Shown: positions 1-10,638, numbered from the stretch's first letter. The stretch: 64,000 nt of DNA from Pseudomonadota bacterium (GCA_039714975.1 JBDLIH010000001.1:34756-98755), one strand, 5' to 3'. Notes: a model not told the origin generated them from the letters alone. A program made the numbers and translations.

Positions 1-637
1 CACCGGTATAGAGTATCGGCCGTCTGGCGGTCTGCATCAGCTTCACTGCACGCCTGATCTGTCCGGTATGTCCGACATGCACCGGGTTGTAGGAGCGCAT
101 ATTTACCCTGTCTGGGTAGCTGAATCCGGCTTTATCGGCGGTAATATCCTTGGGAATATCCACCACCACCGGGCCGGGACGCCCCGTGGTCGCGACATAA
201 AACGCCTTCTTGATCGTCTCGGCCAGATCGTTGACGTCCTTCACCAGGAAATTGTGTTTTACACAGGGACGCGTAATACCGATGTTATCCGCTTCCTGGA
301 AGGCATCATTCCCGATCAGGTGTGTCGGTACCTGGCCGGTAAAGACCACCAGGGGAATGGAATCCATATACGCTGTGGCAATGCCAGTCACAGCATTGGT
401 TGCACCCGGACCTGAAGTCACAAGTACCACGCCGGGTTTTCCGCTTGAACGGGCATAGCCATCGGCGGCATGTGTAGCCGCCTGCTCATGACGCACCAGA
501 ATATGCTGCACCTTGTCCTGTGTGTACAGGGCATCATAGATATGCAACACGGCACCACCGGGGTAACCGAATATATATTCAACCCCTTCTGCTTCCAGCG
601 AGCGCACAAAGATTTCCGCGCCTGTGAGTTCCACCAA
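1..637 (-). CDS. Acetolactate synthase large subunit (IlvB/IlvI family), N-terminal part; 3' end lies beyond the left window edge
   Basis: Minus-strand translation from TTG (637) or GTG (634) with GGAG RBS gives [36 protein letters not shown]...[31 protein letters not shown]..., the TPP-enzyme N-terminal domain, near-identical to IlvI. Not in the ORF track because the frame runs off the window and starts with a non-ATG codon. The plus-strand ORFs 68..415 and 210..458 are antisense shadows. Confidence 0.85.
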   Translation of the reverse strand, partial: MVELTGAEIFVRSLEAEGVEYIFGYPGGAVLHIYDALYTQDKVQHILVRHEQAATHAADGYARSSGKPGVVLVTSGPGATNAVTGIATAYMDSIPLVVFTGQVPTHLIGNDAFQEADNIGITRPCVKHNFLVKDVNDLAETIKKAFYVATTGRPGPVVVDIPKDITADKAGFSYPDRVNMRSYNPVHVGHTGQIRRAVKLMQTARRPILYTG

Positions 638-888
638 TCCTTACTCCTGCCGTAAACCGCTTTATTTTCTGACTGCGTAAAAAAAAGCCCGGGAAACGGG
701 CGATTCGGTCGCTTTCTTGAAACATGAGAAAGTACTGATATTCAAAGTAAAGGTCAAGGGATTCCCGCCATGCTACGCTGCCCCCGACAGTAATGCCGGA
801 CGGATATTCAATGTGTGACCTGATAACTTGTCCTGCAGCCTGCGCAACCTTACTATTAGTGCAGATTTCTAACAGGATAGCTCGCCTA

Positions 889-1377
889 ATGAAGCCATTT
901 TACGCTCCCCCGGTGTCACGCAGATGGCTGCGGACAACCACCCTGCTCATCGCCATGCTGCTACTGCAATCCCCCGCATTAGGAGACATTTACAAGTGGA
1001 CTGATAAAACCGGCGAAGTTCAGTATACCCAGACGCCGCCACCGGGCGGTATTACCACCCAGAAAATTCAGGGTGCTCCACCCCCTGCGGAATCGCAGGA
1101 GACCATTCACGAGGATCAGAAGCGGCTGCAGGAGAGACTCGAGGCCTTCGAAGAACGTCGCGCCAGGCAGGAGGAAGACGAAGCTATCAAGAAAAAAGAC
1201 AGTGAAATCAATGAGAAAAACTGCATTACCGCTGAAAACAACCTTGCCAAACTGCAGAAGGGTGGTATAAAGCGCTACCTAACACCCGAAGGTGAAGTCA
1301 TACGCCTCACTGAAGAGGACCGCCAGCGGCGCATCACCGAGGCGAATAACCAGGTAAAGCAATACTGCAACCCCTGA
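889..1377 (+). CDS. DUF4124 domain-containing secreted protein
   Basis: ATG at 889 (internal M33 of ORF 793..1377). Signal peptide MKPFYAPPVSRRWLRTTTLLIAMLLLQSPALG followed by DIYKWTDKTGEVQYTQTPPP (DUF4124 signature), then a charged coiled-coil tail. Confidence 0.7.
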   Translation: MKPFYAPPVSRRWLRTTTLLIAMLLLQSPALGDIYKWTDKTGEVQYTQTPPPGGITTQKIQGAPPPAESQETIHEDQKRLQERLEAFEERRARQEEDEAIKKKDSEINEKNCITAENNLAKLQKGGIKRYLTPEGEVIRLTEEDRQRRITEANNQVKQYCNP

Positions 1378-1390
1378 GGATAGTGCTCCC

Positions 1391-1735
1391 ATGCCCTACC
1401 TTAAAATCCAGACCAACCAGAACCTGCCGGTGGACAGCGCCAGGCAGCTCGCCAAAAAAGCATCCGCACTGGTGGCCAGACAGCTTGGCAAGCCGGAAAG
1501 CTACGTCATGACCTCGGTAGAAAACAGTCCGGCCATGACCTTTGCCGGCACGGACGAACCACTGGCCTTTCTGGAACTCAAGAGTATCGGGCTTCCGGAG
1601 TCCCTCACCGCTGACACGTCCCGGGCGCTATGTGAACTGGTCTCGACAGAGGCCGCGATTGATTCGGCCCGTATCTATATCGAATTTTCCGACGCAGCAC
1701 GCAAAATGTGGGGCTGGGACAAGGGTACCTTCTAG
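1391..1735 (+). CDS. MIF/tautomerase-superfamily protein (phenylpyruvate tautomerase-like)
   Basis: 114 aa starting [12 protein letters not shown] (Pro-1 after Met, typical of tautomerase superfamily/MIF). Compact ORF between the DUF4124 gene and proS. Confidence 0.6.
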   Translation: MPYLKIQTNQNLPVDSARQLAKKASALVARQLGKPESYVMTSVENSPAMTFAGTDEPLAFLELKSIGLPESLTADTSRALCELVSTEAAIDSARIYIEFSDAARKMWGWDKGTF

Positions 1736-1826
1736 GCCGGTTCCCCCCCGGGACCACCTCCGGTGTACCTGCAGCCGTCTGGCCGCTACAATCTGCGCCC
1801 ATCCAGGCCAATTTTTTTCAAACACC

Positions 1827-3539
1827 ATGCGACTTTCCCGGTTCCCGCTCTCCACACTGAAAGAAACCCCGGCTGATGCCGAGATCATCAGCCACCAGTT
1901 AATGATGCGCGCCGGCATGCTGCGCAAGCAGGCGGCCGGGATCTACAGCTGGTTACCGCTCGGCCTGCGGATTCTGCGCAAGGTTGAGGCCGTTGTGCGG
2001 GAAGAGATGGAACGCGCCGGCGCCCTGGAATTACTGATGCCGGCAGTACAACCTGCCGAACTGTGGGAAGAATCCGGCCGCTGGGAGCAATATGGACCGG
2101 AACTGTTGCGTTTCCATGACCGTCACCAGCGAGAATTCTGCTTCGGCCCGACACATGAAGAGATCATCACCGATATCGCACGACGCGAGATCCGCAGTTA
2201 TAAGCAACTGCCGGTGAATTACTACCAGATTCAGACCAAGTTCCGTGACGAAATCCGGCCACGTTTTGGCGTGATGCGTGCACGTGAATTTCTGATGAAA
2301 GACGCCTACTCCTTCCACGTCGACCAGACTTCGCTGGATAAAACCTATCAGCTGATGTACGACACCTACAGTCGTATCTTTACCCGGCTGGGACTCGGAT
2401 TTCGCGCCGTGCAGGCCGACAGCGGCACTATTGGCGGCAGTGTCTCCCACGAGTTTCATGTGCTGGCAGACTCCGGTGAAGATGCCATCGCGTTCTCATC
2501 CAGTGGTGAATATGCCGCCAATGTCGAACGTGCCGAGACCGTTGCACCTGCGGGCGACCGCGCAGCTCCGGCCACAAACATGACCGTTGTGGACACGCCG
2601 GGCCAGCACACGATCGAAGAACTGTGTACCTTCCTGGATGTTCGTGCGGACCGCTGCGTAAAAACCCTGCTGGTAAATGGCCAGGAATCCGATGTCGTTG
2701 CACTGATAATACGAGGCGACCATGAACTGAATGCCATCAAGGCAGAGCAGCAGCCGGCAGTCGCCGCACCCCTGCAGTTTGCAACAGACGAACAGATCAG
2801 GCAGGCAGCCGGGTGTGATGCCGGGTCACTGGGTCCGGTCGGGCTGGCGATACCGACCATTGTCGATCATGCCGCCGCACATCTGGCTGACTTTATTTGC
2901 GGTGCCAATGAAGAGAGCCGGCATCTCACCGGGGTGAACTGGGAACGGGATTTGCCGGTGCCGGACTGTGCCGACCTGCGCAATGTGGTTGAGGGTGATC
3001 CTGCTCCCGAGGGAAACGGAACGCTGAGCATCGCACGGGGCATCGAGGTCGGGCATATTTTCCAGCTCGGAAAAAAATACAGTGAGGCCATGAAAGCCAA
3101 CGTGCTGGATGAACGGGGCAAGGAACAGGCCATGATCATGGGTTGCTACGGTATCGGCGTTTCGCGCATCGTCGCAGCCGCCATCGAACAAAACAACGAT
3201 GACAAGGGCATGATCTGGCCGGATGCAATCGCACCCTACCAGGTCGCCCTGCTGCCGATGAATATGAAAAAGTCGCAACGGGTACGGGAAGCCACGGAGG
3301 CGCTGTACGAGGAACTGCTGGCAGCCGGCTTTGAAGTACTGCTGGACGACCGGCCGGTGCGTCCCGGCGTAATGTTCTCCGACATGGAACTGATCGGCAT
3401 TCCGCACCGCGTCGTGGTGGGAGAAAAGAACCTTGATCAGGGCAAGCTGGAATACAAGTCACGCCGCGACATGGAAAGCCGGGATATTCCGCGCACTGAT
3501 ATCGTCGCCTTCCTTAACACTCAACTGGACAACCGCTGA
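1827..3539 (+). CDS. proS: Proline--tRNA ligase
   Basis: True start [31 protein letters not shown]... at ATG 1827 (M96 of track ORF 1542..3539; the upstream extension overlaps the tautomerase gene). About 571 aa with class II aaRS motifs and full-length similarity to ProS. Confidence 0.95.
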   Translation: MRLSRFPLSTLKETPADAEIISHQLMMRAGMLRKQAAGIYSWLPLGLRILRKVEAVVREEMERAGALELLMPAVQPAELWEESGRWEQYGPELLRFHDRHQREFCFGPTHEEIITDIARREIRSYKQLPVNYYQIQTKFRDEIRPRFGVMRAREFLMKDAYSFHVDQTSLDKTYQLMYDTYSRIFTRLGLGFRAVQADSGTIGGSVSHEFHVLADSGEDAIAFSSSGEYAANVERAETVAPAGDRAAPATNMTVVDTPGQHTIEELCTFLDVRADRCVKTLLVNGQESDVVALIIRGDHELNAIKAEQQPAVAAPLQFATDEQIRQAAGCDAGSLGPVGLAIPTIVDHAAAHLADFICGANEESRHLTGVNWERDLPVPDCADLRNVVEGDPAPEGNGTLSIARGIEVGHIFQLGKKYSEAMKANVLDERGKEQAMIMGCYGIGVSRIVAAAIEQNNDDKGMIWPDAIAPYQVALLPMNMKKSQRVREATEALYEELLAAGFEVLLDDRPVRPGVMFSDMELIGIPHRVVVGEKNLDQGKLEYKSRRDMESRDIPRTDIVAFLNTQLDNR

Positions 3540-3554
3540 ACCGATATACAGGGT

Positions 3555-4139
3555 ATGGCACGTCTCATACCACATATAACAGGGATCTTTCTGGTGATCA
3601 TGCTGTTGACCAACCACGCCGCCCGGGCTGCCACCCAGGAACGCCCGGACGCCGATATGCGTGCCAGCCTGATTGCAGCCATCAACTCGAGCGACAGTTT
3701 CGCTGACCGCTTCGATGCCGAGGTCTGGCTGACGGATATGTCCAGCCGTCTGCAAGGCCGTGTAGAAGACCCGGATGAGCGCCTGATGATACTCAGGCAG
3801 GTTCACTACGAGGCCCGCCGTTCAGGTCTTGAACCGGAACTGGTGCTCGCTCTGATCAATGTCGAAAGCAACTTTGATCACTTCGCGATTTCCAGTGCCG
3901 GTGCCCGTGGCCTGATGCAGATCATGCCCTTCTGGCTGGATGAAATCGGCCGTCCCGATGACAACCTGTTCGACATCAATACCAACCTGCGTTTTGGTTG
4001 CACCATTCTCAATATCTATCTGAAACGGGAAAACGGTGACATGCGGCGTGCCCTCGCCCGCTACAATGGCAGCGTCGGCAAGAACTGGTATCCGCGGCGG
4101 ATTTACAAGGCGTTACGCACGACATGGTACCAGCAGTAG
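3555..4139 (+). CDS. Lytic transglycosylase (SLT domain) with signal peptide
   Basis: LALINVESNFDHFAISSAGARGLMQIMP...YNGS: catalytic ES, GLMQ and YN motifs of family-1 SLT. N-terminal signal MARLIPHITGIFLVIMLLTNHAARA. Confidence 0.8.
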   Translation: MARLIPHITGIFLVIMLLTNHAARAATQERPDADMRASLIAAINSSDSFADRFDAEVWLTDMSSRLQGRVEDPDERLMILRQVHYEARRSGLEPELVLALINVESNFDHFAISSAGARGLMQIMPFWLDEIGRPDDNLFDINTNLRFGCTILNIYLKRENGDMRRALARYNGSVGKNWYPRRIYKALRTTWYQQ

Positions 4140-4145
4140 CTGAAT

Positions 4146-5477
4146 CTATCCCGATTCAAAAAGTGCAATCGACTCCACGTGCGCGGTGTGAGGAAACATG
4201 TCCATCACCCCGGCCGATAATAAGCGATAGCCCTTTTCATTAACCAGTGTGCCGGCATCCCGTGCCAGCGAACCGGGGTGACAGGAGACATAGACGATGC
4301 GTTGTGGCCCGATATTGCCCAGCACATCCATCACCTCGGCCGCACCACTGCGTGGCGGGTCAAGTAATACCTTGTTATAACCCGCCCCCGCCCACTGCGC
4401 CCCGGTGGCATCATCAGCAAGATTGGCCGTATAGAATGTAGCATTCCCGATACCGTTCAGTATGGCATTGTCACGCGCACGACTGACCAGACCCGCCTCA
4501 CCTTCTACACCCGTAACCGTGCCCGCATGGCGTGCCATGGGCAAGGTGAAATTACCCAGCCCGCAGAACAGATCCAGGACCGCATCATCCCGATCCAGCG
4601 CCAGCATACCGAGTACACGCGCAACCATTTGTTCATTTATTGCTGTATTGATCTGGGTGAAATCTGTCGGATTAAACTGAATTTCAATCGACTCTGCCGG
4701 CAAGTGGTAGGACAGGACGGACTGTTCCGGCCAGAGTGGCTGTACACTGTCCGGCCCGGCAGCTTGCAGGTAGACATGCAGCGCCTGATCAATTGCACTC
4801 TGCTTTAGCCTGTCGCAATCACGCTGGCTCAAGAGGTCCAGATGCCTGAAAATCAGTGCTGTAATGGACCCGGTAACGGCTACCTCAATCTGCGGAATAC
4901 GTGCCCTGGCTTCCAGCTGTTCGATCAGTTCCGACAAGTCGCCAAGGTGTTCACCAACCGACGGATGCAGGACCTCACACCTTGTCAGATCGGCGACATA
5001 GGGACTGCGCTTTTCACGGAAGCCAACCAGCACCCGGCCCTTTTTGATGACATCTTTTACACCCAGCCGTCCCTTGGTACGGTAACCCCAGACCGGCCCC
5101 GTGAGCGGTGGCAGCACCGCTTCCGGTACAACCTTGCCGATGTGCCTGAGATTATCGAGCAATACCTGCTGCTTGGCTTTTATTTGTGCAGCGGGTTCCA
5201 TGTGCTGCAGGCTGCAGCCGCCACACAGTCCGAAATGCGGGCACTTCGGTTCCACCCGCTGCGGTGAAGCCTGTGTCACCCCGGTGACGCGGCCTTCATC
5301 AAACTTCCTGCGGGAACTCAGGTATTCAAAGCTGACCACTTCACCGGGCAAGGCACCATCAATGAAGACCGCCTTGCCCTCCAGATGCGTAACACCGCGA
5401 CCGTCGTGGCCCAATGACTCAATGGTGATGCCACTGACCGGCGCCGGCAGGCGTTTTTTACGACTGCGTTTGCTCAT
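4146..5477 (-). CDS. rlmD: 23S rRNA (uracil1939-C5)-methyltransferase RlmD (RumA)
   Basis: 443 aa with TRAM domain, Fe-S cysteines CPHFGLCGGCSLQH, SAM motif LDLFCGLGNFTLP and C-terminal nucleophile region, as in RumA. Confidence 0.9.
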   Translation of the reverse strand: MSKRSRKKRLPAPVSGITIESLGHDGRGVTHLEGKAVFIDGALPGEVVSFEYLSSRRKFDEGRVTGVTQASPQRVEPKCPHFGLCGGCSLQHMEPAAQIKAKQQVLLDNLRHIGKVVPEAVLPPLTGPVWGYRTKGRLGVKDVIKKGRVLVGFREKRSPYVADLTRCEVLHPSVGEHLGDLSELIEQLEARARIPQIEVAVTGSITALIFRHLDLLSQRDCDRLKQSAIDQALHVYLQAAGPDSVQPLWPEQSVLSYHLPAESIEIQFNPTDFTQINTAINEQMVARVLGMLALDRDDAVLDLFCGLGNFTLPMARHAGTVTGVEGEAGLVSRARDNAILNGIGNATFYTANLADDATGAQWAGAGYNKVLLDPPRSGAAEVMDVLGNIGPQRIVYVSCHPGSLARDAGTLVNEKGYRLLSAGVMDMFPHTAHVESIALFESG

Positions 5478-5529
5478 GTTCAGGGATAGTAATTCTGGTA
5501 ACTGTGATACAACAGGAGATCAGGAATCG

Positions 5530-6306
5530 TCAACCGTTCTCCCAGTTCTGCAGGAACTCGGTCAGGTGTGGCTTGTTTTCCTTTTCCAGTTCCGCCCGCA
5601 CCTGCTCACACGACTGATCGTACTGCGTATCACTGATACGGCCACGAATCATTTCAAAGCGCTGGTAGACGAGATAGGTATTGAGTACATCCGTTTCACA
5701 ATAATTGCGGATGCCCTCGACATCACCGGCCTGGTAATTATCCCACACCTTGCTGCCGTCCATGCCCATCTTGCCCGGAAAACCCAGCATGGTCGCTATG
5801 TCATCCAGTCGCGCCACCGCCCGCGCCTGGTAGCCGGCCAGCACATCCATAACGTCTGTGTGTCGCTCATGAAAGCGGCTCAGGTAGTTATTCCACTTGA
5901 AGTTCTTGTCATCATTGCCATTGTCCCAGTAGCGCGGTGCTGCAATGCCATGCAACAAACTGCGGTAATGGATGACCGGCAGGTCAAAACCGGAGCCGTT
6001 CCAGGAAACCAGTGTCGGTGTAAAACGTTCTATGCCGTCAAAAAAACGCTGCAGCAGTTCCTGTTCCGGTGAATCCGGCTCACCCAGTGACCACACCTTG
6101 AACTTGTCCGGTGTCTGTAACACCACGGAGATGGCCACGATGCGATGCAGATGATGCCGCAGGAATTCCGAGCCGCCCGTCTCGGCGGCACGCTTGTGAA
6201 ACATCACCTTGCCGACGTTGTCGTCATCCAGTTCGTCAAGTCCGTACAAACGGCGGCCTGATGCCACATCGGGAACCGTCTCGATATCAAATACGAAGGT
6301 ATTCAC
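5530..6306 (-). CDS. 3'-5' exonuclease (PolB-exonuclease-like, RNase H fold)
   Basis: MNTFVFDIETVPD...SWNGSGFDLPV...YCETDVLNTYLVYQRF: DEDD-type exonuclease motifs of the predicted PolB-like 3'-5' exonuclease family. Confidence 0.75.
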   Translation of the reverse strand: MNTFVFDIETVPDVASGRRLYGLDELDDDNVGKVMFHKRAAETGGSEFLRHHLHRIVAISVVLQTPDKFKVWSLGEPDSPEQELLQRFFDGIERFTPTLVSWNGSGFDLPVIHYRSLLHGIAAPRYWDNGNDDKNFKWNNYLSRFHERHTDVMDVLAGYQARAVARLDDIATMLGFPGKMGMDGSKVWDNYQAGDVEGIRNYCETDVLNTYLVYQRFEMIRGRISDTQYDQSCEQVRAELEKENKPHLTEFLQNWENG

Positions 6307-6322
6307 TTAGTACCTGCCAGGC

Positions 6323-6922
6323 CTATTTCTGCATCCACGCACCCTTCTTGTTCTGGTGCCACCAGCCGGCCGGTGCATTACCGACCCAGCGTTTGGCAAA
6401 GGTACTGCGAATCTCGGCTTCCCATTCCGGGTGTCCGTTGGCCCTGGCAATTTCCTTATACAAGGCGCTGCGATCGCGGTTCTCTTTTGAGACGAGGCCC
6501 TTGACAGCATTTCTGTCCTGCATGGGCACCAGTTTCTGATCCCGCACGATGATCTCGCCATTAGCTGTCATGCCAATAGCCCCGGATTTATAGTGAGGCG
6601 CCAGTTTCTTGTGGCGCTTCTCCATACTGGCTTTTAGTTGCTGGATCGCCGGGGTGTTCACGGAAATATCCGCATTGGCCTGTGCCGGACTGAAAAACCA
6701 GTCCAGCAGGACAATCGCTGCAGACGGCTGCTCCCCGGTCTGAATCCGCGACTGTGGTTCCACTGGTGTTACTGTTTCGACCGGTTGCTCACCGTAGACA
6801 TCCCGGATAATACGGTCTGCCGCCTTTTCTGCGGCTTCCGCCGGAAAATACACATTAATCGTGACGCAGGCTGCAACAAACAGCAGCAGGGTCATTGCCA
6901 CAGGAATCCGTAATTTTTTCAT
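6323..6922 (-). CDS. YdbL-like DUF1318 lipoprotein, possibly with YnbE-like N-terminal segment
   Basis: ATG at 6922 (M25 of track ORF 6323..6994) with GAGG RBS. MKKLRIPVAMTLLLFVAAC lipobox, then C-terminal DUF1318-type region. Lies directly downstream of the ydbH-like gene. Confidence 0.65.
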   Translation of the reverse strand: MKKLRIPVAMTLLLFVAACVTINVYFPAEAAEKAADRIIRDVYGEQPVETVTPVEPQSRIQTGEQPSAAIVLLDWFFSPAQANADISVNTPAIQQLKASMEKRHKKLAPHYKSGAIGMTANGEIIVRDQKLVPMQDRNAVKGLVSKENRDRSALYKEIARANGHPEWEAEIRSTFAKRWVGNAPAGWWHQNKKGAWMQK

Positions 6923-7010
6923 CACCTCGCCTCTCTTCTCCATGAATTTCGTGAATCGGGTACTGGCATCTGCTAACCCGCAAAAGGGTAACACGGACTT
7001 TGACAGGGTT

Positions 7011-9095
7011 TCACTCCACGATCACGTCCTGCTGTCCGGTGACGGCCATGATCTGTGCGATCAGGGTGTCCCAGTCAACACGATCAGCATAACCAATCAC
7101 ATCCAGCCGGGGCGGAATCAGCCGTCCCTTGACTAGATAATAACCCTCCGTTGCCGGCACAACACCACCCATGTCACAAATTCCATTCTCCAGGCGACAG
7201 CGGATACCGAGGCGGTCATACGGGAAGTCTTCGAAAAAGCGCATAAAGCTGCGTGACAACGCACCGCCCACCCCGGCTCCCCCGATGCTGGAGATATTAT
7301 CCACGGCCTTCTGACTGATGCGATGGCGTGAGGAATCATTTTCGGGCGTCGCAAACTCGGCGTCGAAGGCCACCGGTCGCCATGATTCCATATCCAGCCC
7401 GTCAACCCTGCCTTCAAGACGGCCTTCAATCCTGCCAAACGAGAATGCCCGGGTCAGTGTTTCAAGATCGATATGATCGACATGTGCGTCAAGTTGCAGG
7501 CGTGGCACCAGGCCGAACGGTTGTTCCAGTATCAGGTTCTGCAAGGTCACCTCACCGTCGAAGACGCGTATAAGCAGAATGCCGCCAACTTCGAGGTTGC
7601 CATTATCATAGCGAACATTCGGAATCACCCCGGACAGTTTGCCTGCCAGTTCCGGCCATCCCAGCGCCAGGCTTAATTGCGACAGTGACACCGGCTCGAG
7701 CAGACCATTGACCTGCCAGCGCAACCCGGCGTCCTGTCCGGATTCCAACTGGAAATCATCAATTTCAAGTGCACCGTCCAGCACCGGTATTGCAACCGGC
7801 TGCACCAGATGGACATAATCACGGCCCACATCAATCACAAAGTGTGTCGCACCCAGCGCCACCTGGAAGACACTGCCGCCTGCCCAGGCAAGCTCGGAAC
7901 GCACCGGCGTGGGGGTGTCGGACCAGCGCAGCTGGCCATTCATTGCATTCAGTTCGAAGCGGCCCTCGCGGTCATCGACTGACAGGTTGACCGGGTCAAG
8001 TGCAACATGACTGAGCTTGCCCTGCTCCCAGCGCAAGTTGCCGCTGAGTTGCCCGGCGGTGTCCAGATCGGCAGCCGCGGAATCATACAACCATGGCTGC
8101 AAATAGGTGTCATACAGGGATGGAAATTCTGCCTGGCGAACCTCAAGTCGCAGTTCCCGGACCGGTGGATCCCCTGCCAGGTTAATTAAACCGTAGGCCT
8201 CAATTTCCAGACTGCCGGGGTGCCTGAAAGTAAATGACTGCAACGCCACTTGTTGCTGCGTTGACAACCAGTCAAAACGGGCATTAAGCTGCAGCGGCTG
8301 CGATGGCATTTCAACAAACACCGGATCAATGTACAGCGCGCCCCGCCGCCCGCTTATGTCCAGCGACACCCGCATGCCGGTGGTCACCCCTTTCAGGGCC
8401 GCATGCAGCGAAACATCCAGGTTCTCACCGGCAAGACCGCCTTCAGCATCGGAAATTTCTTCTGCCAGAAGGCGCACCTCGACATCGGCCTCGCTTAACT
8501 GCAACGCCACTCCATTCATGTTTACGTTCACATCCAGTCGGCCGCTGCCGTCAACGACGGGGACCGCAATACCAGTGGCAGCCAGATGACGCGTGACGGC
8601 TGGCAGAGACAGCGCCTCACCGTTGGCAGTTATCTGCCAGTGCGTGTCTGACAGCGTTGCCTTAATTGCCAGTCTCCCGTCAAACACACGGACTCCCAGC
8701 AACTCGGCCTCGATATGACCTGTGTCAAGCTGGTAACGAAAGGCGGCCCTGATATCCTGCCGACCCAGCACACTGGATTGCGCCTTGAGTCTGCCCTTTG
8801 CACAATGCACATCAGCGGCCGTGTACCGGGCACGCGCACAAGAGAGTGTGACCCCGGACAGTTCACCGAGACCTTCTGGCAGTGCAACGCCCTGTGCCTG
8901 CAATACCAGTCCGGCATGCCGTTCATCCAGCCAGTTGAGTTGCACCGTGACCGCTTCTGCCGACCAGCCCTCACCCTCAATTGTACCCAGCTTCAGACGA
9001 ACGACATCAACAGCGAAACCCGGCAGTACGACAATGGCCAGCAGGCCAGGTACAAGCAGTAACGCTGTTACAAGCCTGCGCCGGGGGCACATCAT
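7011..9095 (-). CDS. YdbH-like AsmA-family envelope protein
   Basis: 694 aa with N-terminal TM anchor MMCPRRRLVTALLLVPGLLAIVVL and a long beta-rich periplasmic region. Synteny with the downstream DUF1318 (YdbL-like) gene mirrors ydbH-ynbE-ydbL. Its start abuts the cysM stop. Confidence 0.65.
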   Translation of the reverse strand: MMCPRRRLVTALLLVPGLLAIVVLPGFAVDVVRLKLGTIEGEGWSAEAVTVQLNWLDERHAGLVLQAQGVALPEGLGELSGVTLSCARARYTAADVHCAKGRLKAQSSVLGRQDIRAAFRYQLDTGHIEAELLGVRVFDGRLAIKATLSDTHWQITANGEALSLPAVTRHLAATGIAVPVVDGSGRLDVNVNMNGVALQLSEADVEVRLLAEEISDAEGGLAGENLDVSLHAALKGVTTGMRVSLDISGRRGALYIDPVFVEMPSQPLQLNARFDWLSTQQQVALQSFTFRHPGSLEIEAYGLINLAGDPPVRELRLEVRQAEFPSLYDTYLQPWLYDSAAADLDTAGQLSGNLRWEQGKLSHVALDPVNLSVDDREGRFELNAMNGQLRWSDTPTPVRSELAWAGGSVFQVALGATHFVIDVGRDYVHLVQPVAIPVLDGALEIDDFQLESGQDAGLRWQVNGLLEPVSLSQLSLALGWPELAGKLSGVIPNVRYDNGNLEVGGILLIRVFDGEVTLQNLILEQPFGLVPRLQLDAHVDHIDLETLTRAFSFGRIEGRLEGRVDGLDMESWRPVAFDAEFATPENDSSRHRISQKAVDNISSIGGAGVGGALSRSFMRFFEDFPYDRLGIRCRLENGICDMGGVVPATEGYYLVKGRLIPPRLDVIGYADRVDWDTLIAQIMAVTGQQDVIVE

Positions 9096-9986
9096 TCAGG
9101 CAGGAAAGACTCCGGTTGACAGGTAGCGGTCACCCCGGTCACAAATAATCGTGACGATCACCGCCTGTTCAACCTGTTGCGAAAGCTCCAGGGCGGCAGC
9201 CACTGCGCCGCCGGAGGAAACACCGGCGAAGATACCTTCCCGGGCCGCCAGTGCCAGCGTGATGCGTTCCGCATCAGCCTGGTCTACCTCGATAGTGCGA
9301 TCCACACTGGCCACGTCGAAGATCGAGGGCAGATAGGCTTCAGGCCAGCGACGAATGCCCGGGATTGACGATCCTTCAGACGGCGTCACACCGACAATCT
9401 CCACTGCCGGGTTCTGTTCTTTCAGGTAGCGCGAGGTTCCCATAATGGTACCGGTGGTCCCCATGGCACTGACAAAATGGGTAATGCTGCCCGCAGTATC
9501 GCGCCAGATTTCCGGACCCGTGCCTTCGTAGTGCGCCAGCGGGTTGTCGGGGTTTGAAAACTGGTCCAGCACCTTGCCCTCGCCACGCACCTCCATTTCC
9601 TTCGCCAGGTCACGGGCGCCTTCCATACTGGCCTCCTTGCTGACCAGAATGATCTCCGCACCAAAGGTCTTCATCACCGCACGCCGTTCGGTACTCATGT
9701 GTTCGGGCATAATCAGCACCATGCGATAGCCCTTCATCGCTGCCGCCATCGCCAGTGCTATACCGGTGTTGCCGCTGGTCGCTTCTATCAGCGTGTCACC
9801 CGGCTTGATCTCGCCGCGTTCCTCGGCATATTTGATCATGGCGAGTGCCGGGCGGTCCTTTACCGAACCAGCCGGATTATTACCCTCCAGCTTGACCAGC
9901 AGTGTATTCGTAGTGTCACCCGGCAGTCGTTGCAGGCGTACCAGCGGTGTATTGCCAACAGTCGATTCAAGCGTGGGGAAATTCAT
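9096..9986 (-). CDS. cysM: Cysteine synthase B
   Basis: MNFPTLESTVGNTPLVRLQRL...EGNNPAGSVKDRPALAMI...EATSGNTGIALAM...ICDRGDRYLSTGVF: near colinear with CysM, including the PLP lysine and SGNTG loop. Confidence 0.93.
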   Translation of the reverse strand: MNFPTLESTVGNTPLVRLQRLPGDTTNTLLVKLEGNNPAGSVKDRPALAMIKYAEERGEIKPGDTLIEATSGNTGIALAMAAAMKGYRMVLIMPEHMSTERRAVMKTFGAEIILVSKEASMEGARDLAKEMEVRGEGKVLDQFSNPDNPLAHYEGTGPEIWRDTAGSITHFVSAMGTTGTIMGTSRYLKEQNPAVEIVGVTPSEGSSIPGIRRWPEAYLPSIFDVASVDRTIEVDQADAERITLALAAREGIFAGVSSGGAVAAALELSQQVEQAVIVTIICDRGDRYLSTGVFPA

Positions 9987-10173
9987 GCCCGTCCATCCGT
10001 CATTATCAGTGGACTATAGTATAACCATGAACAGGATTTATCAGACAGCCATTAGTGGATTTTACTGACTGCACCCGCATGGCGAACAGCGCCCGCTTCC
10101 TTTAGCATGTCACCTGCGCCGGTTAATGGCAGCCCTGCCGGTCTGAATAACTGACAACAGGATAATTGAGCCT

Positions 10174-10638
10174 ATGGACAGTAATAATGAACCGGTACAA
10201 CCCGGGCACACTGGACGCCTTGCCCGGGCAGCAGAATCAATACTGCAATTCTTCATGCGTGCCCTGACACCCGTCAACAATCCTCTCTCAGTGATACCTG
10301 AAGTCCCGGAGTTACCAATAGACACCCGGGCGCCGAAGGGACGCAGACACTCCTTTTCAGGTGAATTATTTGCCGAGTTACTGATCGAACTGCCCGTGCA
10401 TCGCCGTCAAATATTGCGTGCCTGGGAGGCCGGCGATCTTGATACGCTCAGGCAAGCTGTCCACAAGCTGCTTGGCGCCGTTGCCTACTGTGATGCACCG
10501 GAACTGGAGGAAGCAATACGAGAGCTGCGACTGGCATTAAAGACTGAAGATCAACACACCATTGATGTCTACCATGAGCGAGCCCTCAATGTGATTGACG
10601 GTACACTGAGGTACAGTGGCTACCGGGGTCACGGATAG
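10174..10638 (+). CDS. Stand-alone Hpt (histidine phosphotransfer) domain protein
   Basis: C-terminal ...LRQAVHKLLGAVAYCDAPELEEAI... matches the Hpt helix with phospho-accepting His (HKLKG-like). 154 aa, no other domain. Confidence 0.6.
   Translation: MDSNNEPVQPGHTGRLARAAESILQFFMRALTPVNNPLSVIPEVPELPIDTRAPKGRRHSFSGELFAELLIELPVHRRQILRAWEAGDLDTLRQAVHKLLGAVAYCDAPELEEAIRELRLALKTEDQHTIDVYHERALNVIDGTLRYSGYRGHG

Noticed and set aside
68-655. Plus-strand ORFs 68..415, 210..458, 470..655 at the window start
   Set aside because: Antisense shadows of the minus-strand acetolactate synthase (IlvI-like) gene, whose translation is an excellent homolog match. The plus-strand products have no recognisable features.
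1542-1826. 5' extension of the track ORF 1542..3539 (would make proS 665 aa and overlap the tautomerase gene)
   Set aside because: The ProS homology starts at MRLSRFPL (ATG 1827). The upstream extension is in a different frame from the MIF-like gene and is Pro/Arg-rich junk.
5101-6072. 323 aa plus-strand ORF
   Set aside because: Antisense to the 3'-5' exonuclease and rlmD genes; low-complexity Cys/Arg-rich translation typical of GC-rich shadow frames.
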